A DNA stretch of 63,805 nucleotides, counting the filler, from a bacterium (GTDB taxonomy: Bacteria > UBP15 > UBA6099 > JAJRTR01), in NCBI GenBank assembly GCA_024278215.1. It is 5 parts of 4 records of this genome, joined end to end, with 100 filler letters (N's around TTAATTAATTAA, not from the genome) between each part and the next. Parts side by side here need not be neighbours in the genome. Positions count along the whole stretch, not along the records: positions 1 to 23,488 come from JAJRTR010000174.1; 4 more parts are not named here. The stretch is one strand, 5' to 3'. The translations under genes and the position numbers were made by a program. The notes under the pieces are model-generated. The model saw nothing but the letters and a program-made list of their open reading frames with translations. It had not been told where the DNA came from and made no database searches. Below are positions 1 through 9,601 of the stretch, one piece after another. Position 1 is the first letter of the stretch, and each line of letters begins with the position of its first letter.

Positions 1-1275
1 AAAAATATCACCGTCAGCGAATACAGTGGCTTTATCAATGACTTTCGCGGTGACGGAACCGCGAGTCATGACCAGTGCTTTCTCCTGGCCGACGATGCCC
101 TGACTCACAGTGAGCTTGCCGCCGCACTCGATGGTCGCCATCTCGATGCAGCCACCGACCTGGATGTCGCCCATTGCTTTAACCGAGAATCCGGAGATGA
201 TGTTGCCCCGGATATGTACGGTGCCGGTGAAATTGATGTTGCCCGTCGAGAAATCCACATCGCCGGGTATTTCGAGAACATTGATAATGTTGACCTTGTT
301 ATTCTGCAACTTGGGTTGGCCGTCACATGCCGCGACAACAAGGAATGGGTCGTTCTTATCAGGTTGGGTGTTGAGTCCGCCGGGCATTGTTACGTCCTTG
401 CCCTGTCTCGGCGTTATCTCTTCGCCATAGACAGTCATACCGGGCACACCCTGTTTTGCCGGGATTTTCCTCGCGACGGGGTCGCCTTTTTTCACGGTCT
501 GGAAGAGGTTGAGTTCTTTAAAGTCCACCTCGCCTTCTTCCGTAATTGAAGGCTTAGGCTTACCGGCATCTGTGTCGAAGAAGTATTCAATCATACCGTC
601 CTCACCGTCAGCCGGTTTCGAGCCTACCGCGATAACGATCGCTTCATTATAAATCTCGTCGCGGATCATTTTTTCAATAATATCTTTTTTTATGCCTGTT
701 TTCATGCCACCGTTTGCAAGGTATTTCATTACATAATCCGGGTCGACAGGGTCGCCACCGAAAGGCGGCGAAAGCGTCATAGTCGCCTCGGTACTGTCTT
801 TCGATACAATGATCTCGAATGAGCCGTCCCGTTTTTCGCCTACCGGGATAAAATCTCGGTAGCGGAACGAAGTCAACATGCTTTCGATCTTATCGAGATC
901 GAGGAAAAAACTCTCCGCGCCGAGTTTCTTTACGGCCTCCATAACGTCCTTCATCTCAGCTTTTCTGCCTTTGCCCATAGGCGGCTCGATCTTGAGCAGG
1001 ACTTCGTCTTCCAGGTCGTTAAGTTTTGCGAGAACCTTGCCGTCCACAGGTTCAGGCTGTGGAGGTGCAATAACAACAGGCGAAGTCGTGCCCTGTGCGA
1101 AAGCATTGTCGACGGCGTCCTGATCCACCTTGTCGATACTCTTGCGGGCAATAATATCCTCAACAAGAGGTTTTGCCTTTTCTTTAATTGCAATTATCTC
1201 TTTTGACAGGGTCATGTGGACACCGGTCGGCAGATATTCGATTTTAAACTTACCATCAAGCGGGTTGGATGACAT
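1..1275 (-). CDS. fapA: FapA/DUF342-family flagellar assembly protein (runs off the window edge)
   Basis: Manually translated open minus frame from ATG at 1275 (GGAG upstream) to the window edge, absent from the ORF track because there is no stop. Contains the DUF342-like segments VDFKELNLFQTVKKGDPVARKIPAKQGVPG and GDVDFSTGNINFTGTVHIRGNIISGFSVKAMGDIQV. Confidence 0.85.
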   Translation of the reverse strand, partial: MSSNPLDGKFKIEYLPTGVHMTLSKEIIAIKEKAKPLVEDIIARKSIDKVDQDAVDNAFAQGTTSPVVIAPPQPEPVDGKVLAKLNDLEDEVLLKIEPPMGKGRKAEMKDVMEAVKKLGAESFFLDLDKIESMLTSFRYRDFIPVGEKRDGSFEIIVSKDSTEATMTLSPPFGGDPVDPDYVMKYLANGGMKTGIKKDIIEKMIRDEIYNEAIVIAVGSKPADGEDGMIEYFFDTDAGKPKPSITEEGEVDFKELNLFQTVKKGDPVARKIPAKQGVPGMTVYGEEITPRQGKDVTMPGGLNTQPDKNDPFLVVAACDGQPKLQNNKVNIINVLEIPGDVDFSTGNINFTGTVHIRGNIISGFSVKAMGDIQVGGCIEMATIECGGKLTVSQGIVGQEKALVMTRGSVTAKVIDKATVFADGDIF

Positions 1276-1413
1276 GGAAAGCTCCTGGAATTATTCAGAT
1301 GAATATGGTCTCAATTCAACTCTGGGTTGACACACTGTATTCAATGTTTAATATTAAAGCAATCGAATAGCACTGTCAACCAAACCCGAATCAACGGGGC
1401 GGAAATATCACCT

Positions 1414-2508
1414 GTGGAAAAGCGCATAAACAAAAAGGAGTTGATATACACCTTTTTCAGAGCCCTGCTGGGGTTCATATATATGCAGTTGGTTTTTTTC
1501 GGTTATATCGGCAATGTATCCACACGCTTCGAGACTGCGTTGATGGTGATGTCGGCAACGCTGCTGTTGATTTTCGTATCTCTGCTGATGCCGGACACCT
1601 CGAAGGCGGGCAGATGGTCGCTGTTCGTCATAGATGTGCTGCTTGTGGGATTCGGGTTCTTCTTTCTCGGCGGAATAAACGGGTACTTCGTTATTCTGCT
1701 GCCGTTGCTCGCAGTATCGGCAGGGCCGAGATTCGGGACAAATACTTCGCTTGCGCTCGCCGTGGTAATCGGGCTCATTCTTGTAGTTATGGGCTACATA
1801 GCATCAGGCGGCGATGCCGGTTGGGCGCCGTTATACAGGGCCGGATTCTGGGCCGTCGTCACTTTCCTCGGATGGTTGCTGCATCTGCATCTTACCGGCG
1901 CGACCCAGGAGCAGAAGTACAGGATAATGTACCTCGACATTTCGCAGGAAAACGAGAAGAATATGGAAAGGATAGCGACTCTCGAAAAGAAAATGCAGTC
2001 GCATACGATTGTCGATCCTGTGACGGGCCTGAAGAATTTCAGGTATTTCAGAGCGAGAATCGAAGAGGAGATAGCACGCGCCAGAAGGCATAAATATGAT
2101 TTCAGCCTCTGCCATATAGAAATCGAACGCAAGAAGGAGTTCCTTGAGTTGTATTCCGAAGAAGACTGGCGGCGGCTCGTGGCTCGTGTGGCGGAAAAGA
2201 TGCGCGACCTTGTACGCGACACAGACCTGCTCGGCAGATACAGTGACAACCAGTTCCTTGCGCTTTTCCCACAGGCGAACTCGCGGCAGTCGTTGATCCC
2301 GACAATGAGGATAAAAAAAACTATTGAAGAGGCCGAACTGCCACCGGACAAACGGTTCACACTGCAACTCGGATTCGGAATATCGTGTTTTCCGGATGAC
2401 GTCGAGGAAGTCGGCGGACTGCTGAGCCTGGCCTCGGCCGCACTCAAAAAGTCGAAGGAAAGAGGCGCCGGAAAAGTTACTCTGGCCGTTTCTCTATTCA
2501 GAAAATGA
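1414..2508 (+). CDS. Multi-pass membrane protein with degenerate GGDEF domain (likely c-di-GMP receptor)
   Basis: About 5-6 hydrophobic helices, then a short coiled coil and DPVTGLKNFRYF. The GGDEF position reads SDNQF and the I-site RDTD is intact. GTG at 1414 is preferred over the ORF-track start at 1327. Confidence 0.8.
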   Translation: MEKRINKKELIYTFFRALLGFIYMQLVFFGYIGNVSTRFETALMVMSATLLLIFVSLLMPDTSKAGRWSLFVIDVLLVGFGFFFLGGINGYFVILLPLLAVSAGPRFGTNTSLALAVVIGLILVVMGYIASGGDAGWAPLYRAGFWAVVTFLGWLLHLHLTGATQEQKYRIMYLDISQENEKNMERIATLEKKMQSHTIVDPVTGLKNFRYFRARIEEEIARARRHKYDFSLCHIEIERKKEFLELYSEEDWRRLVARVAEKMRDLVRDTDLLGRYSDNQFLALFPQANSRQSLIPTMRIKKTIEEAELPPDKRFTLQLGFGISCFPDDVEEVGGLLSLASAALKKSKERGAGKVTLAVSLFRK

Positions 2509-2522
2509 ACGAACAACGGTGA

Positions 2523-5231
2523 TTGATGAGATTAAAACTCTCCAGATTTGACATAGCGGCATCGACAACAATATTCCTTTTTTTCTGGGCCGTATACCTT
2601 TATACACTTGCGCCGGGGATACTTTTCGAGGATACGGGCGAGTTCGCGCTCAGCCTCTTTTCTCTGGGTGTTTCGCATCCACCGGGATATCCTCTGTACA
2701 CGTTGCTGGGCCCGCTTTTCAATTTCCTGCCGTTTGCATCACCCGCTTTCTGCGCCAACATAATTTCCGCGTTCCTCGGAGCGCTCGGCATAAGTGTGCT
2801 CTACTTCGCGTGCCGCAGCTTCGGCTTCTCGAGCACCGCCGCCGCGCCCGCCGCTGTCGCGTGCGGTGTTTCCCTTACTATCTGGTCACAGTCGATTATC
2901 AGCGAAGTATATTCACTGAAACTTCTGCTCGATGCCCTGATGCTGTATGCGATAGGCAGAATGGCGGCGGGCCGAACACGATGGATAGCGGCGGGCGGGC
3001 TTATCGCGGCTCTTACCGCTGCAAACCACTATACAAGCCTTGTCGCTTTTCTGCCTGTATGGCTGCTTTTCGCCGTAACGACGGCAAAGACAAAAGCCGT
3101 AAGGATCATCGGCACGATGGCAACTGCCGCGCTTGCGCTCGTCTCGTTGACAATCCTGTATGCGAGTATCCCCCTGCGCGCCGCCGCCGGCCCGGCATTC
3201 AACTGGCAGAATCCCGCTACCGTGCAGACGTTTTTCAAACACATCGAAAGAACCCAGTATGAGCATTGGGAACAACAGCTCAGTTTCCATCTGCCGACAG
3301 TGCTAAAATATGTTGCCGGTTTTTTTAATCACCTGCCGATGGAATTCAATGTCATTCTTCTATTTATAGCGATATTCGGATTTGCGCTACTGCTGTCCTC
3401 GCGTCTGCGCGAGTCTGCCGCTTTGTTGTGGCTGTTTCTCGTTCAGAGTGTGGGAGTGATGCTGATAGTCAGGTTCCACTACAACGAACTCGGACTTTCC
3501 GTTGTCAGGGTGTTTTATATCGGCGCATATATAGCCGTCGCGATTATGATAGCAGCGGGCATCGACGGCATTATAAACAGGCTCGATGCGTTTCGCACAA
3601 AAACACCGGGCGTTATAGTTTCGATCGCGGCGCTTGTAGCCGCTGTAGCGCCGCTGCATGGAAATTTCATCGCGAACAATATCAGCAAAGACAACAGGAC
3701 ATCCGTGTTTGCGCGGGACATCCTGCGGTTCCTGCCCCGCGACGCTGTGCTTTATCTGAAAGGATCACATTTCACGATTCCAATCATGTACACGATGGAT
3801 ACCGGCAATCTCAGGAGCGACATCCTGCAGATCGATATGACGGGCAACCTGTTGCAGGAAACAATAAAAGATATTTATGGAAAGAATTACAACCAGAGAG
3901 AAATTGAAGCTGTAATAGATGAAGTTTACAGGAAATTCGAGAATAAGCGGATTCAGGCTTTCACGACACCGAGGTTGTTTGAAGGTCTCCCCGCAGATTT
4001 CAAGCTGCGGGGGCCTTTCTATTACCTTGCGGACGAGCCATCGTGCAATTTCGTGGGTTGGAATTCAGACGCTTATGGATATAAGCCCGGCGGCGACAAG
4101 AACAGAGACTACGAAACAAGGCAACTCGGGGCGTTTTTCCAGGCCCGTAAAGCAGAGTGCGACTTTATGAACGGCGACCATAAAAGCGCGTTCGACGAAC
4201 TTGATAAAGCGGTTGCTTCGATGCCCGGATCGGCAAACACCATGTTGTTTGCAGGGCAACTTGCAGACAGATATGGATTCAGGAATATCGCGGCTATGTA
4301 TTACAACAAGGCTCTCGCACTTGATCCGACATTCACAGACGCTCTGCTGCAACTCGGGCAGATGATGATCGAAGTGCAGGGCAGGGAAACACCGGAAAAC
4401 AGGAATTTCGTATCTGCCGAAGAATACTTCAAAAAGGCGCTCGCTGTTTCGCCAGGCAATGTGCAGGCGAGACTCGCCCTCGCCAACATCGCGGTGCAAA
4501 ACCGTGACTTCGCTACTGCCGAGGATTACTACAAAAAACTACTCGAAGAATTTCCGGAGAATATCCTGATATATAACAATCTCGCAAATTTATACATAAA
4601 GACAAGGCGTATAAACGAAGCCTCAAAACTCTATGAAACAGCTCTGGCTTACGATCCGGATTCCGCTCTTACAAACCTTAATTACGGTAGTTTCCTTATA
4701 GATACGGGACGCACGGACAGAGCATTTGAATTGCTGCGCAAGCACATCGCCATAATGCCGCAATCCAGCTATGGTCACTACAATCTCGGCCTTGCATTTC
4801 ATAAAATCGGTGACTATAATAACTCGGTTATCCACTACCGCAAGGCGGTGGAAATCGAGCCGAAACTGGCTCAGGCTTGGACAAATCTTATAAGCGTGCT
4901 GCTTGAGATGGACAACCTGCGTGAAGCTGCGGCGACAGCTGACAAATCGCCCGAACCAGCGCTTCACTGGCAGGGAATCGTCAAACAACTGGTTTCCGCC
5001 GACATGTCCGACAGGGCTCTCAATTTGTTGAAAACGAGCCACGGACCGGTTGAAGCATGGGCAGCGTTTATTATACTTAATATACAAAAAGGGCGGATTA
5101 ACGAGGCGGGCGCAGCAATAAATGCCATGGAACCGTTGTACGGAGACAACCACGCTGATCTTCTCAAGGAGCTGAAGGACAAGCTTGCAGAAGCACGTTC
5201 GGCCCTGGAACCTGTAGGAGGAAGCAAGTAA
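2523..5231 (+). CDS. DUF2723/TMEM260-like (GT-C) glycosyltransferase with C-terminal TPR repeats
   Basis: N-terminal LAPGILFEDTGEF...GVSHPPGYPLYTLLG signature, many TM helices, and repeated TPR motifs (YNKALALDP, FKKALAVSP, YRKAVEIEP). Confidence 0.85.
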   Translation: MMRLKLSRFDIAASTTIFLFFWAVYLYTLAPGILFEDTGEFALSLFSLGVSHPPGYPLYTLLGPLFNFLPFASPAFCANIISAFLGALGISVLYFACRSFGFSSTAAAPAAVACGVSLTIWSQSIISEVYSLKLLLDALMLYAIGRMAAGRTRWIAAGGLIAALTAANHYTSLVAFLPVWLLFAVTTAKTKAVRIIGTMATAALALVSLTILYASIPLRAAAGPAFNWQNPATVQTFFKHIERTQYEHWEQQLSFHLPTVLKYVAGFFNHLPMEFNVILLFIAIFGFALLLSSRLRESAALLWLFLVQSVGVMLIVRFHYNELGLSVVRVFYIGAYIAVAIMIAAGIDGIINRLDAFRTKTPGVIVSIAALVAAVAPLHGNFIANNISKDNRTSVFARDILRFLPRDAVLYLKGSHFTIPIMYTMDTGNLRSDILQIDMTGNLLQETIKDIYGKNYNQREIEAVIDEVYRKFENKRIQAFTTPRLFEGLPADFKLRGPFYYLADEPSCNFVGWNSDAYGYKPGGDKNRDYETRQLGAFFQARKAECDFMNGDHKSAFDELDKAVASMPGSANTMLFAGQLADRYGFRNIAAMYYNKALALDPTFTDALLQLGQMMIEVQGRETPENRNFVSAEEYFKKALAVSPGNVQARLALANIAVQNRDFATAEDYYKKLLEEFPENILIYNNLANLYIKTRRINEASKLYETALAYDPDSALTNLNYGSFLIDTGRTDRAFELLRKHIAIMPQSSYGHYNLGLAFHKIGDYNNSVIHYRKAVEIEPKLAQAWTNLISVLLEMDNLREAAATADKSPEPALHWQGIVKQLVSADMSDRALNLLKTSHGPVEAWAAFIILNIQKGRINEAGAAINAMEPLYGDNHADLLKELKDKLAEARSALEPVGGSK

Positions 5232-5232
5232 G

Positions 5233-5535
5233 ATGCCGGTATATGAATATCAATGTCATGAATGCAACAAGCATTTCGAGTATGAGCATGGAGTAAACGA
5301 TCCACATCCCGAAAAATGTGAGGAATGCGGCGGCGAACTAAAAAAGGTTTTTACGCCTGTGGGAATTGTTTTTAAGGGTTCCGGATTTTACATAAACGAC
5401 AGCCGGAAGAAAGAAAACGGAACAGTGCCTGCGCCGCCTAAGGAATGTGCAAATGTGCCGAAAGAATCACCGGCGCACGCCTGCGCGAGTTGCGGTGGAA
5501 GCAGCAAGTGCCCGAGCACCGATAGTAAGAGTTGA
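5233..5535 (+). CDS. FmdB-family zinc-ribbon protein
   Basis: MPVYEYQCHEC...CEECGG...FKGSGFYIND, the CxxC-CxxC signature of the family. Confidence 0.9.
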   Translation: MPVYEYQCHECNKHFEYEHGVNDPHPEKCEECGGELKKVFTPVGIVFKGSGFYINDSRKKENGTVPAPPKECANVPKESPAHACASCGGSSKCPSTDSKS

Positions 5536-5599
5536 CAGAAGCAGAGTGCTGATCTTTCATTCTTTTTTACGACTCGTGAAAACATGCATGGAACATATT

Positions 5600-5751
5600 T
5601 AGTGGAAGGCACAGAAAGAGTGTATGGCGCGGTCAACGTACCGCGCCTCAATTTGTGCATGTAAAACCGTTTTCGCGAGAAATATGCTCAGGCGGGGTAC
5701 GGTGACTACGCCATACACGCAATACGACAATATAAAGTTGACACGACACTA
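5600..5751. repeat. MITE/REP-like element, family B (TAGTGTCGTGTCA end), with internal long inverted repeat
   Basis: The reverse complement of about 5680-5751 matches 12921-12993. Internal stem GTGTATGGCG..CGTACC..GCCT / AGGC..GGTACG..CGCCATACAC. Confidence 0.6.
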
Positions 5752-5897
5752 TCCTGCAAGTGAAGTTTAACAATATGTGGGTGTGCCGCTACTGATAGCA
5801 GTTTTAGATAATGAACTTGTGCGTTTTTTGTTTTTCTTCAGACTCTTTCTGTAAAAAACACGCGGGTTCAAAACCAATTATTGCGTGGCCTCAATTA

Positions 5898-7028
5898 ATG
5901 GACAAAAACAAGTCCGACGAAAAAAAGGGTGAAGAACGAAAATACTGGATAGCGCTCAACCAGGCAAAGGGCATGACCGCCGAATTGTTTTACCACCTTG
6001 TAGAGCGGTTCGGGTCGCCCGCGGAAGCTTGGAGCGCGTCCGACAGGGAAATAAAAAAAGTTTTTTTCGGGAAATCAAAATATGTTTATGAATCCATAAT
6101 TGAATTGAGAAAAAGCGGGGAGGATGGAACCCGTGAAACAGAGCGGGCAAAGGAACTGGGAGCGGGAATCATAACATTGCTCGACGATGATTACCCGGCG
6201 ATGCTGCGGGAGATTCCAAAACCGCCGCCGCCACCGGTTCTTTACTACAAAGGAACATTATCTAAACAGGATGACGAATGGTCGGTAGCTATCGTCGGCA
6301 CGCGCAGATGCACCGGCTACGGAAGCGCGGTTGCATTCGACCTGGCCCGAAATTTGTGCAACAGAGGATATACGATAGTCAGCGGAATGGCGGCAGGAAT
6401 AGACACTGCGGCACACAAGGGAGCGCTGAAGGCAGGCGGCAGAACAGTTGCGGTTTTCGGAACAAGCATAGACAAGGTATTTCCTGCAAACAACTTAAAA
6501 CTTGCAAAAAAGATAAAAGAAAATGGATTAGTATTGTCGGAGTTCCCGGTGGGCGCTTTTGGCGACAAGTTGAACTTTCCGAGGCGAAACCGAATAATAA
6601 GTGGAATGTCGAAGGGGATAATAGTAGTGGAGGCGGGGATAAAAAGCGGAGCGCTGATCACGGCGGAACTGGCGGTGGAGCAGGGAAAAGAAGTGCTGGC
6701 GATTCCGGGTGATATACATACGTCCGTATCCAGGGGGCCGCACTGGCTGATAAAACATGGTGCATATCTTGTCGAAAGTGCTGATGATGTGTTGGAAATA
6801 CTGGGATGTCCGAAGGGGCAGGTGGAGCTTGGCTTCGAGGAGGACATCCAGGACGGCAATCAGAAAAAAGCTTATGAGATAGTGAGCAGGGCACCTGCCG
6901 GGTTCGACGAGATATGCGCGGCGTTGGACGCCCCGGTCTCGGAAGTGACAGCAGGCCTGATGATGCTCCAGATGAAGGGGCTGATTCGCGAGTTGCCTGG
7001 AAAAATTTATGTTGCAGTGTCAAAATAA
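5898..7028 (+). CDS. dprA: DNA-processing protein DprA
   Basis: AIVGTRRCTGYG, IVSGMAAGIDTAAH, NFPRRNRIISG and VEAGIKSGALITA motifs, C-terminal winged helix, and position upstream of topA. Confidence 0.95.
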   Translation: MDKNKSDEKKGEERKYWIALNQAKGMTAELFYHLVERFGSPAEAWSASDREIKKVFFGKSKYVYESIIELRKSGEDGTRETERAKELGAGIITLLDDDYPAMLREIPKPPPPPVLYYKGTLSKQDDEWSVAIVGTRRCTGYGSAVAFDLARNLCNRGYTIVSGMAAGIDTAAHKGALKAGGRTVAVFGTSIDKVFPANNLKLAKKIKENGLVLSEFPVGAFGDKLNFPRRNRIISGMSKGIIVVEAGIKSGALITAELAVEQGKEVLAIPGDIHTSVSRGPHWLIKHGAYLVESADDVLEILGCPKGQVELGFEEDIQDGNQKKAYEIVSRAPAGFDEICAALDAPVSEVTAGLMMLQMKGLIRELPGKIYVAVSK

Positions 7029-7069
7029 ATGCAGTTTTACAAATTCAGATTGTTTGGAGCGCGTGTTGT

Positions 7070-9325
7070 ATGAGTGATAAAAAGAAAATGATTATTGTCG
7101 AATCAAAAGCCAAGACCAAATCCATAGGGAAAATAGTTGGTCCGGGTTACAAGGTTATGCACTGTCTGGGCCACATATACGATCTGCCCGCAAAAGAACT
7201 GGGCATTGATGTGGACAAAAATTTCAAGCCGATTTACAAAGCGGTGCCAGGAAAAAGCAAGCTGATTAAACAACTGAAAGATGCCGCAAAAGATGTCGAC
7301 GAGATCATACTCGCTACCGACCCCGACCGAGAAGGTGAATCGATTGCATGGCATCTCGAACGACTTTTTCCGAACAAGAAAACATACAGAATGACGTTCA
7401 ACGAGATCACTTCCAAAGCAATAAAAGAAGCGCTGAACAACATTAAAGAGATAGATATGCGGCTGGTCGACGCGCAACAGGCTCGAAGGGTGCTTGATAG
7501 GCTTGTCGGCTACAAGATCAGTCCTCTGCTGTGGCGCAATCTCAACAACAGCCACCTGAGCGCGGGACGTGTGCAGTCTGTCGCGTTAAGAATGGTCTGC
7601 GAGCGAGAACGGGAGGTCGAAAAATTCGTCGCCCGCGAATACTGGACCATAACTGGCATTTTCGACAGAACTGTCGAAGGCAAAGAAACAATCGAATCCG
7701 AGTATACAGGCATCGACGGCGAAGCACTCGACATCCCCAACGAGACAAATGCAAATGAACTCAAAGACATCCTCGAAAAATGCACTTATGTCGTAAAAGA
7801 TGTGCATAAGAAGAAGGAACGCAGAAGGCCATACGCGCCATTCATCACAAGCTCACTGCAGCAGGAGGCAGCCGGCAAACTAAGATTCAGTGCCTCCAAA
7901 ACAATGTCCATCGCGCAGCAGCTCTATGAAGGTATCGAACTGGGCAGTGCCGGCGTCGTCGGGCTCATTACCTACATGAGAACAGACTCCGTGCGCATTT
8001 CGGACGACGCGAAGGTTGAAGCCAAAGAATATATTGCGCGGAAGTTCGGCAAGGAATATGTTCCGGAAAAACCCCATGTTTTCAAATCCAAAAAAGGCGC
8101 GCAGGACGCTCATGAAGCCATAAGGCCCACATCGGTACTCAACGAACCCAAAGAAATCCAGGGCTATCTTTCTAAAGACCAGCACAAACTCTATAAGCTG
8201 ATATGGGCAAGATTCGTAGCAAGCCAGATGGAGACCGCACTCGTCGCCGTCACCCGCATTGATATCGCAGGCGACGACAAGTACATGTTCCGAACATCAG
8301 GCTCTGTGATCCAGTTCGACGGCTATCTCCGCGTCTACAACTTCAAAGCAAAAGAAAACGGAAAAAATAAAAAACCCGAATTACCCGACATCGGCAAAGG
8401 CGAAGACATGATCCTCACGGGCGTTACGCCGATCCAGCATTTCACCAAACCGCCCCCCCGGTATTCGGAAGCTTCGCTCGTGCGCGAGCTCGAAGAACGC
8501 GGCATTGGACGGCCCAGCACTTATGTTCCAACTATCGAAACTCTCAAGAAGCGCGATTATGTCAGACTCGAAAAACGCGCCTTCAAACCCACAAAATGGG
8601 GATTTATCGTCAATGATCTGCTCGGTCGTAATTTCGACGAAATAGTAGACTATGAATTCACCGCCCGCATGGAAAATGATCTCGACCGTGTGGAGGCCGG
8701 CGACATCCAATGGCAGAGTATTGTCGACAGCTTCTACGGCCCGTTCGCCGAGAAACTCAAGAAAGCGTCGAAGACTATGAAATATGAGGAAAAAACTGAC
8801 GAGAAATGTGAGAAATGTAAAGCTGACATGCTCGTCAAAACCGGAAAATACGGTCTTTTCCTTGGTTGCAGCAATTATCCGGACTGCACATTTACAAAAC
8901 CTTACGGCGATACCGGCTCAGGCTCTCCACATGAGAAGAAACCACCTGTTCCCACCGGCGAAATGTGCGATAAATGCGGCAAGGAAATGGTGATACGCAC
9001 CGGGCGCTACGGTATGTTCATGGCCTGCTCCGGCTATCCGAAATGCAAAAATAAAAAGCCTTACATCGGCGACATCGATTGCCCGAATGAAAAGTGCGAC
9101 GGTAAACTTGTCATACGCCGCACGAAAAAGGGAAGAATGTTCTACGGATGCTCAAAATATCCCGACTGCGATTTCGTTTCCTGGCAGGCACCCATACAGG
9201 GCGAAAAATGCCCGGTTTGCGGATCGTTCATGAAGAGAGCCAAGCATGAAGGCGAAAATGTTAAAATGTGTGCGAGGGAATCATGCGGCAAGGTTATCTC
9301 ATATGACGATGACGGCGACGAATAG
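7070..9325 (+). CDS. topA: DNA topoisomerase I with C-terminal zinc ribbons
   Basis: IVESKAK, LATDPDREGE, SAGRVQS, LITYMRTDS and AQDAHEAIRPT motifs plus repeated C4 zinc-ribbon motifs. ATG at 7070. Confidence 0.97.
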   Translation: MSDKKKMIIVESKAKTKSIGKIVGPGYKVMHCLGHIYDLPAKELGIDVDKNFKPIYKAVPGKSKLIKQLKDAAKDVDEIILATDPDREGESIAWHLERLFPNKKTYRMTFNEITSKAIKEALNNIKEIDMRLVDAQQARRVLDRLVGYKISPLLWRNLNNSHLSAGRVQSVALRMVCEREREVEKFVAREYWTITGIFDRTVEGKETIESEYTGIDGEALDIPNETNANELKDILEKCTYVVKDVHKKKERRRPYAPFITSSLQQEAAGKLRFSASKTMSIAQQLYEGIELGSAGVVGLITYMRTDSVRISDDAKVEAKEYIARKFGKEYVPEKPHVFKSKKGAQDAHEAIRPTSVLNEPKEIQGYLSKDQHKLYKLIWARFVASQMETALVAVTRIDIAGDDKYMFRTSGSVIQFDGYLRVYNFKAKENGKNKKPELPDIGKGEDMILTGVTPIQHFTKPPPRYSEASLVRELEERGIGRPSTYVPTIETLKKRDYVRLEKRAFKPTKWGFIVNDLLGRNFDEIVDYEFTARMENDLDRVEAGDIQWQSIVDSFYGPFAEKLKKASKTMKYEEKTDEKCEKCKADMLVKTGKYGLFLGCSNYPDCTFTKPYGDTGSGSPHEKKPPVPTGEMCDKCGKEMVIRTGRYGMFMACSGYPKCKNKKPYIGDIDCPNEKCDGKLVIRRTKKGRMFYGCSKYPDCDFVSWQAPIQGEKCPVCGSFMKRAKHEGENVKMCARESCGKVISYDDDGDE

Positions 9326-9423
9326 CAAATAACATCGTCATATCAATAATACAATTAGTCGTTCACAGAGAATTTTACTGTGATAACATGATGATGATGC
9401 GTGCAGGAATGATACTAATCACA

Positions 9424-9488
9424 CCGCCACGCAGTAGAATAGGCATTCTCCCCGATTTTTGGCCCGCATTGGTGAAATATGCGGGCTA
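9424..9488. repeat. Palindromic repeat family A copy (CCCGCATTGGTGAAATATGCGGGCTA)
   Basis: Near-identical core at 10461, 13253 (reverse), 36382 and about 45330. Confidence 0.75.
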
Positions 9489-9492
9489 ATTA

Positions 9493-9584
9493 CAATACCG
9501 TTAAGTTAAGGGCACAGATACAACGAATATCTTGATAAATACTGGCTATTTTGTGCATTATTGAGTCCTAACTGAACAGTATTG
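9493..9584. mobile_element. 92-bp MITE with IS4-like ends
   Basis: TIRs CAATACCGTTAAGTTAAG / reverse complement CAATACTGTTCAGTTAGG, flanked by a 10-bp duplication GGGCTAATTA / GAGCTAATTA. Confidence 0.7.
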
Positions 9585-9601
9585 GAGCTAATTATCCTTG
9601 A

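Noticed and set aside
105-1330. Short ORF-track calls overlapping fapA (and similar antisense ORFs across the window)
   Set aside because: They overlap well-supported genes in other frames and show no recognisable motifs.
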